From Heptranchias perlo (taxonomy: Eukaryota), in contig NC_090345.1 of NCBI RefSeq assembly GCF_035084215.1, positions 13,206,001 through 13,270,000 of the forward strand: 64,000 bases of DNA, written 5' to 3'. The notes beneath the pieces are model-generated. The model did not search any database, was not told the origin of the DNA, and saw only the letters and a program-made list of their open reading frames with translations. The number at the start of each line of letters is the position of its first letter. Positions within the stretch are counted from its first letter, which is position 1. Of this stretch, positions 47,536-61,444 are shown one piece after another. Position numbers and translations under genes: made by a program.

Positions 47536-48177
47536 TACAAAGTAAGAAGAGATTTCCATCACATTAGGCAGGACAAGCATTAATATGGGATGGAAATATA
47601 GATGTTTATTGTTAGAGCTTTTTATAGTCCAGCATCGTTGAAAGCTCCAATGTAATCTCATCCGGTAGTAAGTAATTATTGTGCAGGTTTAGCCAAAAAT
47701 AATATAGTAATGTGTTGTGTTCTTTTCGCAGCAGCAGGGTGTCATTAACAAGGGTAACACTGTCAGAATAATAACCACTAATGAACTTGTCATATTTCAT
47801 ATCGCAACATACAGACAGGATTATCTCAAAGGTTCCAGCTCCTACTCCGCTGAGCAGGGTTTACTCACGTGTCTGTTGTGAGAGAACATGACACCAAGCC
47901 CAGTGATTGAACTCGGCATCATCCAGTTCATCAGAGACTTATTCTGAAACACGTGGGCCCAAAATTAATCCCTTGCTATTTAGTTTCCTTGCATGATAAG
48001 ATCACTACTCGACAATCTCTTTGATGTGCTGGTGCGGTATAACGTTCACAGCAACATAAGGCAGTGGGACTTTTTTAGATAAATCAAGAAGTAGTGATTA
48101 GCTCGCTGAGGAAAGTGAGTGTGTGTGGGGGTGGGGGAAATAAGATAACATTTAATAGAGTGAACATAATAATGAGA

Positions 48178-48718
48178 TTTACATCGAGTTACAGCACAGA
48201 AGCAGGCCATTTGGCCCAACTGGTCTATGCCGACATTCATGCTCCACACGAGCCTCCTCCCACCCTACTTCATCAAACCCTATGAGGATACCCTTCTATT
48301 CCTTTCCCCTTAAATGCATGTATGCTATTCACCTCAACTACTCCTTCTGGTAGCATGTTCCACATTCTTACCATTCTATGGGTAAAGAAGTTTCTCCTGA
48401 ATTCCCTATTGGATTTATTAACGATTATTTTATATTTATGACCTCTAGTTTTGGACTCCCCAAAAGTGGAAACATTTTCTCTACGTCTATCCTATCAAAC
48501 CCTTTCATTATCTTAAAGACCTCGATCAGGTAACCACTCAGCCTTCTCTTTTCTAGTGAAAAGAATCCCAGCCTGTTCAACCTTTCCTGATGAGGATATC
48601 CTCTCAGTTCTGGTATCATCCTTGTGAATCTTTTTTGCAGCCCCTCTCCCATGCCTCTTGTATCCTTCCTATAATATGGAGACCAGAACTGTGCACAATA
48701 CTCCAAGTGTGGTCTAAC
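48178..48718 (-). mobile_element. CR1 3' fragment
   Basis: Encodes EYCAQFWSPYYRKD..EKRRL..KGFDRIDVEKMFPL, followed by the 3' UTR. Confidence 0.9.
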
Positions 48719-49161
48719 TGCAGTTGGCCAAATAAAAGGTTCCAGGGGGAAAGGGAGTGAGAGTAATGAAGGGTTTGGTCACCACCTTAGGACACTTTCT
48801 TGGGATTAGCAGTACTTATAAGTAATTTGCACAAGTGTTTTCTCGAGAAATTTGCACCCGCACCCCCCCCCCCCGCCAATCCTGGCACGAACAGCTTAAG
48901 CTGTAATCTCGGAGTCGGGGTGGGGGAGGGGGGAAAGAATGATTTAACTTGTGGCCAGGACAGTAATGGTTAATCACACAGCGGGAATTTCACCTGTAAT
49001 CGTAGTCCACTGACTGTTTCACCACAAGATCAGAAAATAGGTTTGGATGAAGAAAGCACTTCCGCCTATTTGATCTTACCTATCCAGAATGCCAACCCTG
49101 TCACCTTCCCTTGCTGTTTCTTAAATGATTCTGGTGTCCTGGGCTCAATTACTCTTCCTGC

Positions 49162-50329
49162 CTTTTTTAAATTCATTCATGGGATGTGGGCGTCGCTGGC
49201 AAGGCGAGCATTTATTGCCCATCCCTAATTGCCCTTGAGAAGGTGGTGGTGAGCCGCCTTCTTGAACCGCTGCAGTCCGTGTGGTGAAGGTTCTCCCACA
49301 GTGCTGTTAGGTAGGGTGTTCCAGGATTTTGACCCAGCGACGATGAAGGAACGGCGATATATTTCCAAGTCGGGATGGTGTGTGACTTGGAAGGGAATGT
49401 GCAGTGGTGTTGTTCCCATCTGCCTGCTGCCCTTGTCCTTCTAGGTGGTAGAGGTCGCAGGTTTGGGAGGTGCTGTCAAAGAAGCCTTGGCAAGTTGACA
49501 CAGTGCTTCTTGTAAATGGTGCACACTGCAGCCACAGTGCGCCGGTGGTGGAGGGAGTGAATGTTTAAGGTGGTGGGTGGGGTGCCAATCAAGCAGGCTG
49601 CTTTGCCCTGGATGGTGTCGAGCTTCTTGAGTGTTGTTGGAGCTGCACTCATCCAGGCAAGTGGAGAGTATTCCATCACACTCCTGACTTGTGTCTTGTA
49701 GATGATGGAAAGGCTTAGGGAGTCAGGAGGAGAGTCATTCACCACAGAATACCCAGCCTCTGACCTGCTCTTGTAGCCACAGTATTTATGTGGCTGGTCC
49801 AGTTAAGTTTCTGGTCAATGGTGACCTCCCAGAATGTTAATGGTAATGCAGTTGAATGTCAAGGGGAGGTGGTTAGACTCTCTCTTGTTGGAATTGGTCA
49901 TTGGCTGGCACTTGTCTGGCGCGAATGTTACTTGCCACTTATCAGCCTAAGCCTGGATGTTGTCCAGGCCTTGCTGCATGCGGGCACAGACTGCTTCATT
50001 ATCTGAGTGGTTGCGAATGGAATTGAACACTGCAATTATCAGCAAACATCCCAACATCTGACCTTATAGTGGAGGGAAGGTCATTGATGAAGCAGCTGAA
50101 GATGGTTGGGCCTCGGACACTGCCCTGACGAACTCACGCGGCGATGTCCTGGGGCTGAGATGATTGTTCTCCAACAACCACTACCATCTTCCTTTGTGCT
50201 AGATATGACTCCAGCCAGTGGAGAATTTTCCCCCGATTCCCATTGACTTCAATTTTACTAGGGCTCCTTGATGCCACACTTGGTCAAATGCTGCTTTGAT
50301 GTCAAGGGCAGTCACTTTCACCTCACCTC
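49162..50329 (-). mobile_element. CR1-Zenon-type LINE, 5'-truncated
   Basis: Encodes ALDIKAAFDQVWH through YKTQVRSVMEYSPLAW to the 3' tail. Confidence 0.92.
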
Positions 50330-50561
50330 GCCCACCTGTTCCAGCTCTTGATCACCATCAGTGTTTCCTGACATCTGTCTGAAGTTAGCTCTTCACTGCC
50401 CTGAACCTGTCCCCTTTTCTTTCCCACTGTCCTGGAATATCAGATAGTATTGTTCTGAGTTTACATCCTCTAACCCATATATGCTTCTATGAGCTTCCCT
50501 CTGCCACATTTCTCTTTAAGCCACAGCTTATCAAGTTGCCCCTCCCAGCTCATCTCTCTAC

Positions 50562-51040
50562 CAACAGCAACAACTTGCTTTTATACAACACCTTTAACGT
50601 AGTTAAAACATCCCAAGGTGCTTCACAGGAGTGTAATCAGAGTAATTTTGACACCGAACTACATGAAGAGATATTAGGACAGGTGACCAAAAGCTTGTTC
50701 AAAGAGATAGGTTGTAAGCAACGCGTTTTGAAGGAGGAGACAGAGGTAGAGATGTGGAGAGGTTTAGGGAGGGAATTCCAGATCTTGGGGCCGAGGCAGC
50801 TGAAGGCACGGCCGGCAATGGTGGAGCGATGAAAATTGGGGATGCGCAAATGGCCAGAATTGGAGGAGCGCAGAGATCTCAGAGGGTTGTAGGTCTGGAG
50901 GAGGTTACAGAGATAGGGAGGGGCGAGGCCATGGAGGGATTTGAAAACAAGGATGAGAATTTTAAAAACGAGCCATTGCCGGACCGGGAGCCAATGTAGG
51001 TCAGCGAGCACAGGGTTGATGGGTGAACGGGACTTGGTGC
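50562..51040 (-). mobile_element. L2 LINE 3' fragment
   Basis: LADLHWLPV..FKIL..FKSLHGLAPPYL..RSLRSS..GRAFS..WNSLP is the typical L2 C-terminus. Confidence 0.92.
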
Positions 51041-51423
51041 TATTTTGGGAACACCTGGAATCCGTCTCATTGTTCTCTGAGACCAGTGCCTCTAAGGCCT
51101 AGCTGGCCCCCTCATACCACAGTGATCAGAACTGTACGCTGCACCCTGGTTCGGCCTAACTAGATCAATGTACAGCTTCAGCGTGACCTCTAGGGATTTG
51201 GACTCTGCAGATTTCGCAAAAATATTTTGGGTAGCATAATCAAAGTAATATCAGGAAAGAAAAACAATACGAATCACAATGAAAAGGCCCAAAAGCCATC
51301 ATTTGATTTTCTTGTGTGGTGTGATTTTGATGCATGGTTTGGGTCACAGCAGCTACCTGCTACAGTGTCATTTTATATATACACTAGTCGATCTCTTATT
51401 GCTTCACATAAAGGCCATCAAGA

Positions 51424-51796
51424 TAGGGTTGCCAACCCTCCAGGATTGCCCTGGAGTCTCCAGGAATTAAAGACTAATCTCCAGGACACTGCTGCAAGTA
51501 ACCCAGGAGAAAAATCATAGGTTCCATTAAGAAAACTGTGGCTTTTAAAAAAAAAATTCTGTAAACACTTTTGTTTATTAATTATAAAAATATTGGACAT
51601 GGGAAAAAAGGCTGTTTGACTGCTGATTGGGCAATGAAGAGCCTATTCGCTTTCCAATTGGCATGTGAAGGTGGTGCACTGAGAGAATGGACATGCTGGG
51701 CGACCAATGGCAGAAGTGTGGGGGCGGGGCGGTTGGAGTCAACAGGTCACGTGATGACACCTCCAGGAATATGTCCAACCAGTGTTGGCAACCCTA
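51424..51796 (+). mobile_element. hAT-type MITE, complete, 8-bp TSD
   Basis: Perfect 13-bp TIR TAGGGTTGCCAAC / GTTGGCAACCCTA, with flanks CATCAAGA / CGTCAAGA. Confidence 0.9.
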
Positions 51797-52561
51797 CGTC
51801 AAGAGTGCAGTGTTCAGGTGAAACGGAGTTAGAAGGCGGGGGATAATTGGCAGAAGTTTAGACCGTATATCCGGGGTTTCTGCCACTCTTCCACTGAAGT
51901 AAAATAGGACGAGTGGAGAGAACCCCCCAGGGAAATTCATCCCCCACCCCCCCAACCAATGATTCAGATGTCCTGCTCTGTTACAGATGCAAAATCTCAA
52001 ACAAAGATAAAGAAAACCCGACATTTACAAGCAATTGCATCAACTGGATTTCTAGAGGGAGTACGTCAGCAGCGGCCTTAAAAGGACAGGCCAGGGAGAT
52101 CTGCTGGCATTTAACATTTTTGCACTGCTCCTTTTACCGAAGCTGCCACTTACAGCTTTCAGCTGCATTTTGTTCACCTAGTCTAAAAATTCACAAATAT
52201 GTTTTTTTATGATGGAGTGACAGGACTGAATTCCGAGACTGTTACTACCCTCTCTGCTTTCTTCAGTCTCGCCTAGTGACAGGCTCGTGCTGCTTTATGA
52301 CATCTTTTCTTGGTTTTCTGAGGTTTTCCATTTGTTAAACGGATGGTTGTGAATTCTGTACCTTTCATTAAGCTTATGTTGCAGAATTGGGTTATTTATT
52401 TATAGCAGATGCGCAGTAGCAGTCAGCTACATAGGAATCTTTCCATATTGGGTACTGGATGTAACATGGAACTGAATCAGCAGATCGTCTTATTATGTAG
52501 TCGGGAGAATTCCAGATTTTTGAATTTCTTCCCTTTTTCATTTATCCATGGTTTTAGTACT

Positions 52562-52893
52562 TAGAATCATAGAAAGGTTACAGCATGGAAGGAGGCCATT
52601 CAGCCCATTGAGTCAGTGCCGGCTCTATGCAAGAGCAATCCAGCTAGTCCCACTCCCCCGCTCTATCCCTGTAGCCCTGCAATTTTTTCCCTTTGGTTCT
52701 TTTGCCAGTCACCTTAAATCTATGTCCTCTGGTTTTTGACCCTTCCGCCAATGGGAACAATTTCTCTCTACCTATTCTGCCTAGACCCTTCATGATTTTG
52801 AACACCTCAATCAAATCTCCTCTCAACCTTCTCTGTTCCAAGAAGAACAACCCCAGCTTCTCCAGTCTATCCACATAACTAAAGTCCCTCATG
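52562..52893 (-). mobile_element. CR1 3' fragment with internal deletion
   Basis: Same subfamily as 13133-13752 but lacks the FFTQRV..WNALP segment. Confidence 0.88.
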
Positions 52894-54404
52894 CCTTACT
52901 TTCATTGCTATTGCCTGAAAAGTAAACTTGTCAGGGGGTCTTGAATTCCTGGAGCCCTTTACTTGGCTAGCTGCATGCAGCGGAACCTTTTAGTTGTGAT
53001 GTAGTGAGATGTTATTACAGTAGAGGGCGACAGTACTGTTTCTCAGAAAGTGTTGTCGTCTGAATAAAAGATTGAATTGAGATCAGGAAATGGAGTCTAC
53101 TTATGTAGTGTTATCTCCTTTGTAAAATATCGTCGGGTAAGCAACTAGTACAATCAGTCATAGATCAGGGTTAGTTGACTGCAGTCTTTCCAACTATTTC
53201 ATGCACCCCACATTATAACTGCCACCAGTTCTTTAATCGAGGTAATCAAAGTTACGTGAGAGCCATCTTGTGGTTAGCATCGGTAGAGCTGGAGTGGTAT
53301 TCGAGTCTGACCAACCCTGATTCTTTCAGAGCATTGTATTATCTCAATGAGAATTTACAGAGCTAGAAACAATTCTTTCTTTCTCTTTTTCTCTCCATCT
53401 CTCCATCTCTCTCTATCTCACTCTCTCTATCTCTCCATCCCTCCCTCCCACCCTCTCTCTCTCCTTCCCTTCCACAATTCTGCCAATATCAATATTAATG
53501 AGAGGTGCACATAAGCAGCAGTGCAATACACTGTCACTTGATCGCTCAGTTACAGCTTTAATAGCACCGCTGTACTTTGACTTACAGATTGAAAAAGAAG
53601 TTCGAGGCCTACCCCAAAGGCTCATTGTGTAAGTTGTGCAGTGCTGAGTTACGCAGAGCTGTAAAATGCAATGTTCAATCTGTTGTGTGTGGTATGGTAG
53701 CCAGTTACAGCTAAGGTAGTGGTAGGGGTACTACAACTGGCCTCAATAGTGAATCTTTTTTTAAACCTTTGTTCAGAGGTTGTGAGTTTTTTCCCACCAC
53801 AATAGCTTTTCTGGTTTAGCCCAGCCTCATGTGAAGCTGACATCGTTTGAAACTCGGACTGTTGGCAGATAATTCCTACTGACACCAAGTGAAGGTGAAA
53901 ATTACCCATTTAAAGTCTGAATCAAAGAGAATTTCAAACATGCACAACTGAGCTTAAACACCCGATCCAAGTCCAATGGATGAAACAAATGAAGAGTAAT
54001 ATTGGACGGGATGTAAAACTGGCTTTCCACCCGATCCCCTGGGTTTCCCTCCCGATGAGTTAGATTAAAATTGCATCCCCTATTTCCAATACTCAATCCT
54101 CAGTTTAGTGAGGGACCCAAGATGGCAGGCAAAAGGATTTTCAAAACATACTTGGACTGATTAGTTCGCCATTATTATTGGTAGATTTTGCTGACTGCCC
54201 ATTTTTAATTTGTACTTTTTGAACTTAATAATTGGTGGTTTTAATTCCTGCTTACCACTTCCTCATTGGTATGTTCCCTACCTGTTCCAGTGTGATTTTG
54301 TGATTTGTTGCTGTTTATGAATATGAATGAACCAATAAACCAAGATAAATTTACATATATACACATATTGTAGTGTTAAGTGAATACACTAGATGCCCCA
54401 ATTT

Positions 54405-55418
54405 CTATCATAGTAGGTACAGCACAGGAGGAGGCCATTTGGCCCATCGTGCTTATGTCGGCTCTTTGACAGAGCTTTCCCATTAATCCCATTCCCCTGC
54501 TTTTTCCTCATAGCCCTGTAATTTTTTTCCTTTCATGTATTTATCTAATTTCTTTTTGAAAGTTATTATTGAATCTGCTTCCGCCACCCTATCAGGCAGT
54601 GCGTTCTACACCATTACAACTCGCTGCATAAAAAAATGTTTCCTCAAGTCGCCTCTGGCTCTTTTGCTGATCACCTTAAATCTGCGTCCTCTAATTATCG
54701 ACCCGTCTGCCACTGGAAACAGTTTCTCCTTATTTACTCTGTCAAAACCCTTCATGATTTTGAACACCTCTATCAAATCTCCCCTTAACCTTCTCTGTTC
54801 TAAGGAGAACAATCCCAGTTTCTCCAGTGTCTCCACATAACTTAAGTCCCTCATCCCTGGAACCATTCTAGTAAATCTCTTCTGCACCTTCTCTAAGGCC
54901 TTGACATCCTTCCTAAAGTGTAGTGCCCAGAACTGAATACAATACTCCAGCTGAGGCTTAACCAATGTTCTATAAAGATTCAGCATAACTTCCTTGCTAT
55001 TTGTACTCTATGCCTCTATTAATAAAGCCCAGGATCGTATATGCTTTTTTAACAGCCTTCTCAACTTGTCCTACCATCTTCAAAGATTTGTGTATGTGCA
55101 CCCCCAGATCTCTCTGTTCCTGCACCCGCTTTAAAATTGTACCATTTAGTTTATATTGCCTCCCCTCATTCTTCCTACCAAAATGCATCACCTTCCACTT
55201 CTCCGTGTAAAATTTCATCTGCCATGTGTCTGCCCATTTCACCAGTCTGTCTATGTCCAGCTGAAGTCTGTTACTATCTTCCACATTGTTTACTACATTT
55301 CCGAGTTTAGTGTCATCTGCAAACTTTGAAATTATACCCTCTATACCCAAGTCCAGGTCATTAATATACATCAAAAAGAGCAGTGGTCGTAATACTGACC
55401 CCTGGGGAACACCACTGT
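54405..55418 (-). mobile_element. CR1 3' portion
   Basis: Encodes SGVPQGS, FADDTK, LVKPQLEYC and FFMQRVV motifs. Confidence 0.93.
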
Positions 55419-55479
55419 CTATATGTATGAGGCACGACATCTGCACATGATATACCACATTACTGAACCGTGTTAGGTA

Positions 55480-56080
55480 CTTACATCGAGTTACATCGAG
55501 ACTACAGCACAGAAACAGGCCATTCGGCACAACTGGTCGATATCAGCATTTATGCTCCACACGAGCTTCCTCCCTCCCATCTTCATCTAACCCTTTCAGC
55601 AAACCCTCCTATTCCTTTCTCCCCCATGTGCTTATCTAGCTTCCCCTTAAATGCATCTATACTATTTGCCTCAACTACTCCTTGTGGTAGCGAGTTCCAC
55701 ATTCTTACCACACTTTGGGAAAAGAAGTTTCTCCTGAATTTCCTATTGGATTTATTAACAACTATTACATACTTATGACCTTTAGTTTTGGACTCCCCCA
55801 CATGTGGAAATATTTTCTCTACGTCTATCCTATCAAATCCTTTCATTATCTTAAAGACCTCCATCAAGTCATCCCTCAACCTTCTCTTTTCTAGAGAAAT
55901 GAGTCCCAGCCTGTTCAGCCTTTCCTGATAAGTATATCCTCTCAGTTCTGGTATCATCCTTGTAAATTTTTTTCCACCTTCTCCAATGCCTCTATATCCG
56001 TTTTATAATATGGAGACCAGAACTGTGCACAATACTCCAGGTGTGGTCTAACCAAGGTTCTATGCAAGTTTAACATAACA
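55480..56080 (-). mobile_element. CR1 3' fragment with (CTCGATGTAA)n tail
   Basis: ORF 55583-55957 encodes the CR1 C-terminus. Confidence 0.92.
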
Positions 56081-56769
56081 TAACTGCATCACTTCTGCTA
56101 AAATGAGTGCCTGTTTTAATATTTATTTTGTGAAAATTGCTTTTTTTCTCCTCCAATTCCTCCCCTCCCGCTCCCCGCCCCCCCGCTCCCCGTCCCCCAT
56201 GCTCCTCTTTTCCTGATGGCATTGACTCTGTCTATATGTCCACTGGTTCCTTGCCTAAGTGACCAGCATTTATAGTAGCTTCTCTGAGGGTGACTGCCAC
56301 TTAGCACCAAATAGAGGTACTTTCACACCCACTGGAAACTGATTAGACTGGCTCAACCCATTTCACCTCTGGTTGTCACATTCATTAGAAAGAGGAGACT
56401 TACTTCCCATCAGTCTGGGCTGGATTTGAATTAAGAATACAGAAATGAAAGAACAATTTTCTAACCTATTACTCAGGATCAAGTAACAGATCACAATGGT
56501 GATGAGAATCAGTAGCAGCCCGGATAGAAATTGATACATGTGCCAATCACAGGTCAGAATGCTCCTGTCCTCAGCTAGTGTCCTGTATGCTCCAGCCTGC
56601 ACCCTCTGCCCCTCTGACTCCTTATAATGGTTTGTTCCAAAGAACTTGCATTAGTTGACGATGAGCATAAATCTTGATGACCTTATTTGAATTATTTAAT
56701 GCCAGTGATTTTTATTTTCTTCAAGATTTAGAGAGCTGATAATGAGCACAAACCTATGGTTACTGGTAT

Positions 56770-57159
56770 GAAAGAAAGAAAGACTTGCATTTATATAGCG
56801 CCTTTCACAACCTCAGGATGACCCAAAGTGCTTTACAGCCAATTAAATACTTTTGAAGTGCAGTGACTATTGTAATGTTGGAAACGCAGCAGCCAATTTA
56901 CGCACAGTAAGCTCCCACAAACAGTAAGGTGATAATATCCAGATAATCTGTTTTAGTGATGTTGGTTGAGGGATATATATTGGTTAAAACACCAGGGAGA
57001 ACTCCCCTGCTCTCTCCAAATGGTGCCGTGGGATCTTTTATGTCCACCTGAGCGGGCAGAGAGGGCCTCGGTTTAACATCTCATCCGAAAGACGGTACCT
57101 CCGACAGTGCAGCACTCCCTCAGTACTGCACTGGAGTGTCAGCCTGGATTATGTGCTCA
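56770..57159 (-). mobile_element. DeuSINE lacking the head, well conserved
   Basis: Antisense to 26230-26606 with an intact Deu core. Confidence 0.9.
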
Positions 57160-57559
57160 TGTCTCATATCGTACCCAGAAGCTAACATCTTGATGAGGAA
57201 AAAAAGGCCGAGAACATTTGTGGAAAAACATTGCAAGATTTATGGAATGATCAGCCCCGAGGACATTTGTTTGAATGTTTTATTACAATTCAGGGCATGC
57301 ATCAAAAACGAAGAACAGATGCCGTGATTTGCAGACTGACTGCTGTCTCTTTGACAAATTCATTGACTAAATAAGGGGAGACTGTGATCTAAGGTAGTGC
57401 CGCTCTGTGTTTAAGATCACTAACAGATGGCCAGCTGTAAATCTTCCTGCAGTACACTCCTGCTGCGAATGTAGTCCTGTAGTTAGAGCTCCTAAATAAA
57501 ACCACAAAGGTGCCTGAAAATGGCACTGAAACCCGAGAGGGGTTTTTCTATTATACCAG

Positions 57560-59128
57560 TAGGCCCGGATGAAATGTAACCCAGGCTGCTAAGAGAAGCA
57601 AGGAAGGAAATAGTGGAGGCTCTGACCATCATTTTCCAATCCTCCCTGGCTGCAGGCGTGGTGCCGGAGGATTGGAGGACTGCTAACATTGTACCTTTGT
57701 TTAAATAGGGAGAAAGAGATAGACCGAGTAATTATAGGCCAATCAGTCTAATCTCGGTGGTGGGCAAATTATTGGAATCGATTCTGAGGGACAGCATAAA
57801 TCGTCATTTAGAAAGGCACGGGTTAATTAAGGACAGTCAGCATGGATTTGTTAAGGGAAGGTCGTGTCTGACTAACTTGATTGAATTTTTTGAGCAGGTA
57901 ACAAGGAGGGTCGATGAGGATAACGCGATTGATATAGTGTACATGGATTTTAGCAAGGCTTTTGATAAGGTCCCACATGGCAGACTGGTCAAAAAAGTAA
58001 AAGCCCATGGGATCCAAGGGGAAGTGGCTAGTTGGATCCAAAATTGGCTCAGTGGCAGGAAGCAAAGGGTAATGGTCGACTGGTGTTTTTGCGACTGGAA
58101 GGCTGTTTCCAGTCGGGTCCTGCAAGGCTCAGTACTAGGACCCTTGCTTTTTGTGGTATATATTAATAATTTGGACTTGAATGTGGGGGGCTTGATCAAG
58201 AAGTTTGCAGATGATACAAAAATTGGCCGTGTGGTTGATAGTGAGGAGGAAAGCTTTAGACTGCTGGAAGATATCAATGGACTGGTCAGGTGGGCAGAAA
58301 AGTGGCAAATGGAATTCAATCCAGAGAAGTGTGAAGTAAAGCATTTGGGGAGGGCAAACAAGGCAAGGAAGTACACAATAAATGGGAGGATACGAGAGGT
58401 GCAGAGAAAGTGAGGGACCTTGGAGTGCATGTCTACAGATCCCTGAAGGTAGCAGGATAGGTAAATAAGGTGGTTAAAAAGGCATACGGGATACTTTCCT
58501 TTATTAGCTGAGGCATAGAGTATAAGAGCAGGGAGGTGTATGCTAGAACTGTATAAAACATTGGTTAGGCCACAGCTTGAGTACTATGTACAGTTCTGGT
58601 CACCACATTACAGGAAAGATGTGATTGCACTAGAGAGGGTACAGAGGAGATTTACGAAGGTGTTGCCAGGGCTGGAGAATTTTAGCTATGAGAAAAGATT
58701 GGATGGGCTGGGGTTGTTTTCTTTGGAACAATGGAGGCTGAGGGGAGATTTAATTGAGGTATATAAAATTATGATGGGACTAGATAGAGTGGATAGGGAG
58801 GACCTATTTCCTTTAGCAGAGGGGTCAGTGACAAGGGGGCATAGGTTTAAAGTAATTGGTAGAAGGATTAGACAGGAGCTGAGGAGAAATGTTTTCACCC
58901 AGAGGGTGGTGGGGGTCTAGAACTCACTGCCTGAAAGGGTGGTAGAGGCAGAAACCCTCAATTCAATTAAAAAGTACTTGGATGTGCACTTGAAATGCCG
59001 TAACCTACAGGGCTACGGACCAAGTGCTGGAAAGTGGGATTAAGCTGGATAGCTCTTTCTCGGGCACGGACACGAAGGGCTGAATGGCCTCCTTCTGTTC
59101 CGTAACTTTCTATGATGCTATGATTCTA
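57560..59128 (+). mobile_element. CR1 LINE, 5'-truncated RT region to 3' tail
   Basis: ORFs 57757-58413 (DFSKAFD, FADDTK) and 58540-58920, with a (TTCTATGA)n-like tail. Confidence 0.94.
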
Positions 59129-61327
59129 GTCTATGATACGGCAGAGAGTCATACTGTAAAAGAAAGGCAAATGCATCTGTTATACCTATTGTAACGAATG
59201 ACAGCCCATCATTAATACTGTTCAACTTCATCAGTGCTTAAATCTACTACCTCGTAGCAACAAGAGCTACAAATATATTCATGGGTTTGCTTCAGTTTCA
59301 ATTGCTGTTGTTGCCATTCTTTAGACCGTCTGAATCAGTAATGGCTCTAAATGGTTCTTGGTGGTGAGAGGCATGAGATTATTGAGAGGCTAGCAGAATG
59401 ACATTCTTCTTCTACCATTTTCCTCACAATAGTTTCCATATAAAAGATAGTAATAATGTTCCCAGTCTAATAACTGTGAACTCATATATATATTCTTATT
59501 TGCTTCAGAGAAAATAGATCAGCAATTAAGGAGCTATTACATGAGATGAAGGCAAGGGGGGAATATATTTTGTACAGATTAAAGCTCCAATCTCTCATTT
59601 GTTTCAATACCAAGATATTGCCAAGATGATTATGAGAAACCTTGTTCCAGTAATAAGCTTTAAGTAATAAGCCCTGAATATCTGCCATCTCCACTCTTCA
59701 CCTTACACATATCAATGACGTGTTGTAGGGTAGCCCATGTGTTTTGATGTTATGAGGAACCAGCACTGCGGACCACCATGGAGGCCATTTCAAGGCACCA
59801 AACCCTGAAAGAAGCATGGATTCCACATGGACTCACCACTGGCACCAGTTTTCCTGTCTCTGTCCAAATATCTAATAAAAGGCAGGGGCAGAAAATCCAC
59901 TGGGCCAACATCCTGACCTATGCACTGGGACACTGGTGACCTCCATTCCTGTCCCTGACAGAAATACATGGGGTCAGGGGGAGGTCTTTAGTATTGCTGG
60001 TAGGTCCCCACACGACGAGGAGTGCATCTCAGGTGCAATTAGACCATGTCTGATCTGATCTGTCTTTCCCCCCTCACCTCCTCCGCCTCTCCACCACCCC
60101 GCCCTCCCCCATCTGCCGACCTTCAGATGGAAAACTTGCTTCCTGCCCTCTCTGGCCCCAAGAATCTCAGGGACTGTAGATCGATTTCATGGTGGGATAA
60201 GTGGAGAAGAATCCCATTTGCTGTTGTCTATTCAGTGTGCCTGCGACCAGGGATGGAGCATGAACCTAATCAAGATCTAGTTTAGGATGTGGGATTTCTA
60301 GTATTGTGGCACGGCTCTGACCTCATGCAGCCATGGGAATGCTGCAAGCAGATGGCAAAAGCATCCACTGGCACTTGCTGACATTTAAGTACAGGCTGTG
60401 TAATGCTTCAAGCATTGCTTCAGATTCCTGAAGACATGTGATCATTTTCAAAACGCACCCCACCCCCCGCCCCCATATCCAACTTTCCTGCTCCATCACC
60501 AATCTGTGGCGTGTTTAGCATTTGTAAATGCAAATGGGTGTCGAGGACTTCCAGCATTCTGCTTCTGATTTATAGCCATTAATTCTAAAGTGATTGAGGT
60601 TTCAGGGCATGTGGGATTGGATTTGGGTTCCTCCCGGAGAACTGCAAAAATCAGAATGGATCTAAACTGACAACGTCCCATTTAATCGTGCCTGTAAAGT
60701 GAAATCAAGTCCATTAATGTTAACTACTCAACGAAACGGTAAGAATGTTCCTTAAGTCAATGAAGTCATGGCTCCCTTTCACTTAACGAGCCACTTCACC
60801 ATTTAGTTGCTTTTTAAAAAAATATTCCTGACTGAAATTTAAATTTTTTTTTGCATTTCTTCCTGTTTTGCTTGTGGTTTTCACTTTTACCTAATCAAAG
60901 TCACTTTTAGATGATTCAGATGCAGAGGCTGGAATAGTTGAAAATTGAAAGCAGGAACTACGTCAGTTAAATCCTGACAAGATTTTTAAGGCTGCCAAAG
61001 GAAATTTTGGTCTTAAGAGCCTGGTGGTTTTTATTAAGGAAACTAAGGTTCAAGCTTAGAACAGGAGAGCTCAGACAGTTGGTTTTAAGAGGAGAGCTAA
61101 CTCATCAGTAATACAAATAAATTGGATCGGGAGATGCAAACAAAAAAAAAGTTTGGATTCTTTTGCTAAAAATCTCAAAATAATGAAGTTATAGTGACAA
61201 AATCACAAATCGCATCTCCCCTCAGCCCAAAAAAGATTTACCAAATACTTTACATGAATATAGTGTTCCTTTAATAGGAAGAATGTTAAACTTGCTTTAT
61301 GTGTTAACAAAGCAATGACATTAAAAT

Positions 61328-61437
61328 GAAAGAAAGACTTGCATTTATATAGCGCCGTTCACGTCCTCAGGAGGTCCCAAAACGCTTTACAGCCAATGAA
61401 CCAGTCTTGAAGTGTTGTCACTGTTGTAATGTGGGAA
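61328..61437 (-). mobile_element. DeuSINE/L2-type 3' tail
   Basis: GAAAGACTTGCATTTATATAGCGCC...TTTACAGCCAATGAA. Confidence 0.8.
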
Positions 61438-61444
61438 GTCTTCT

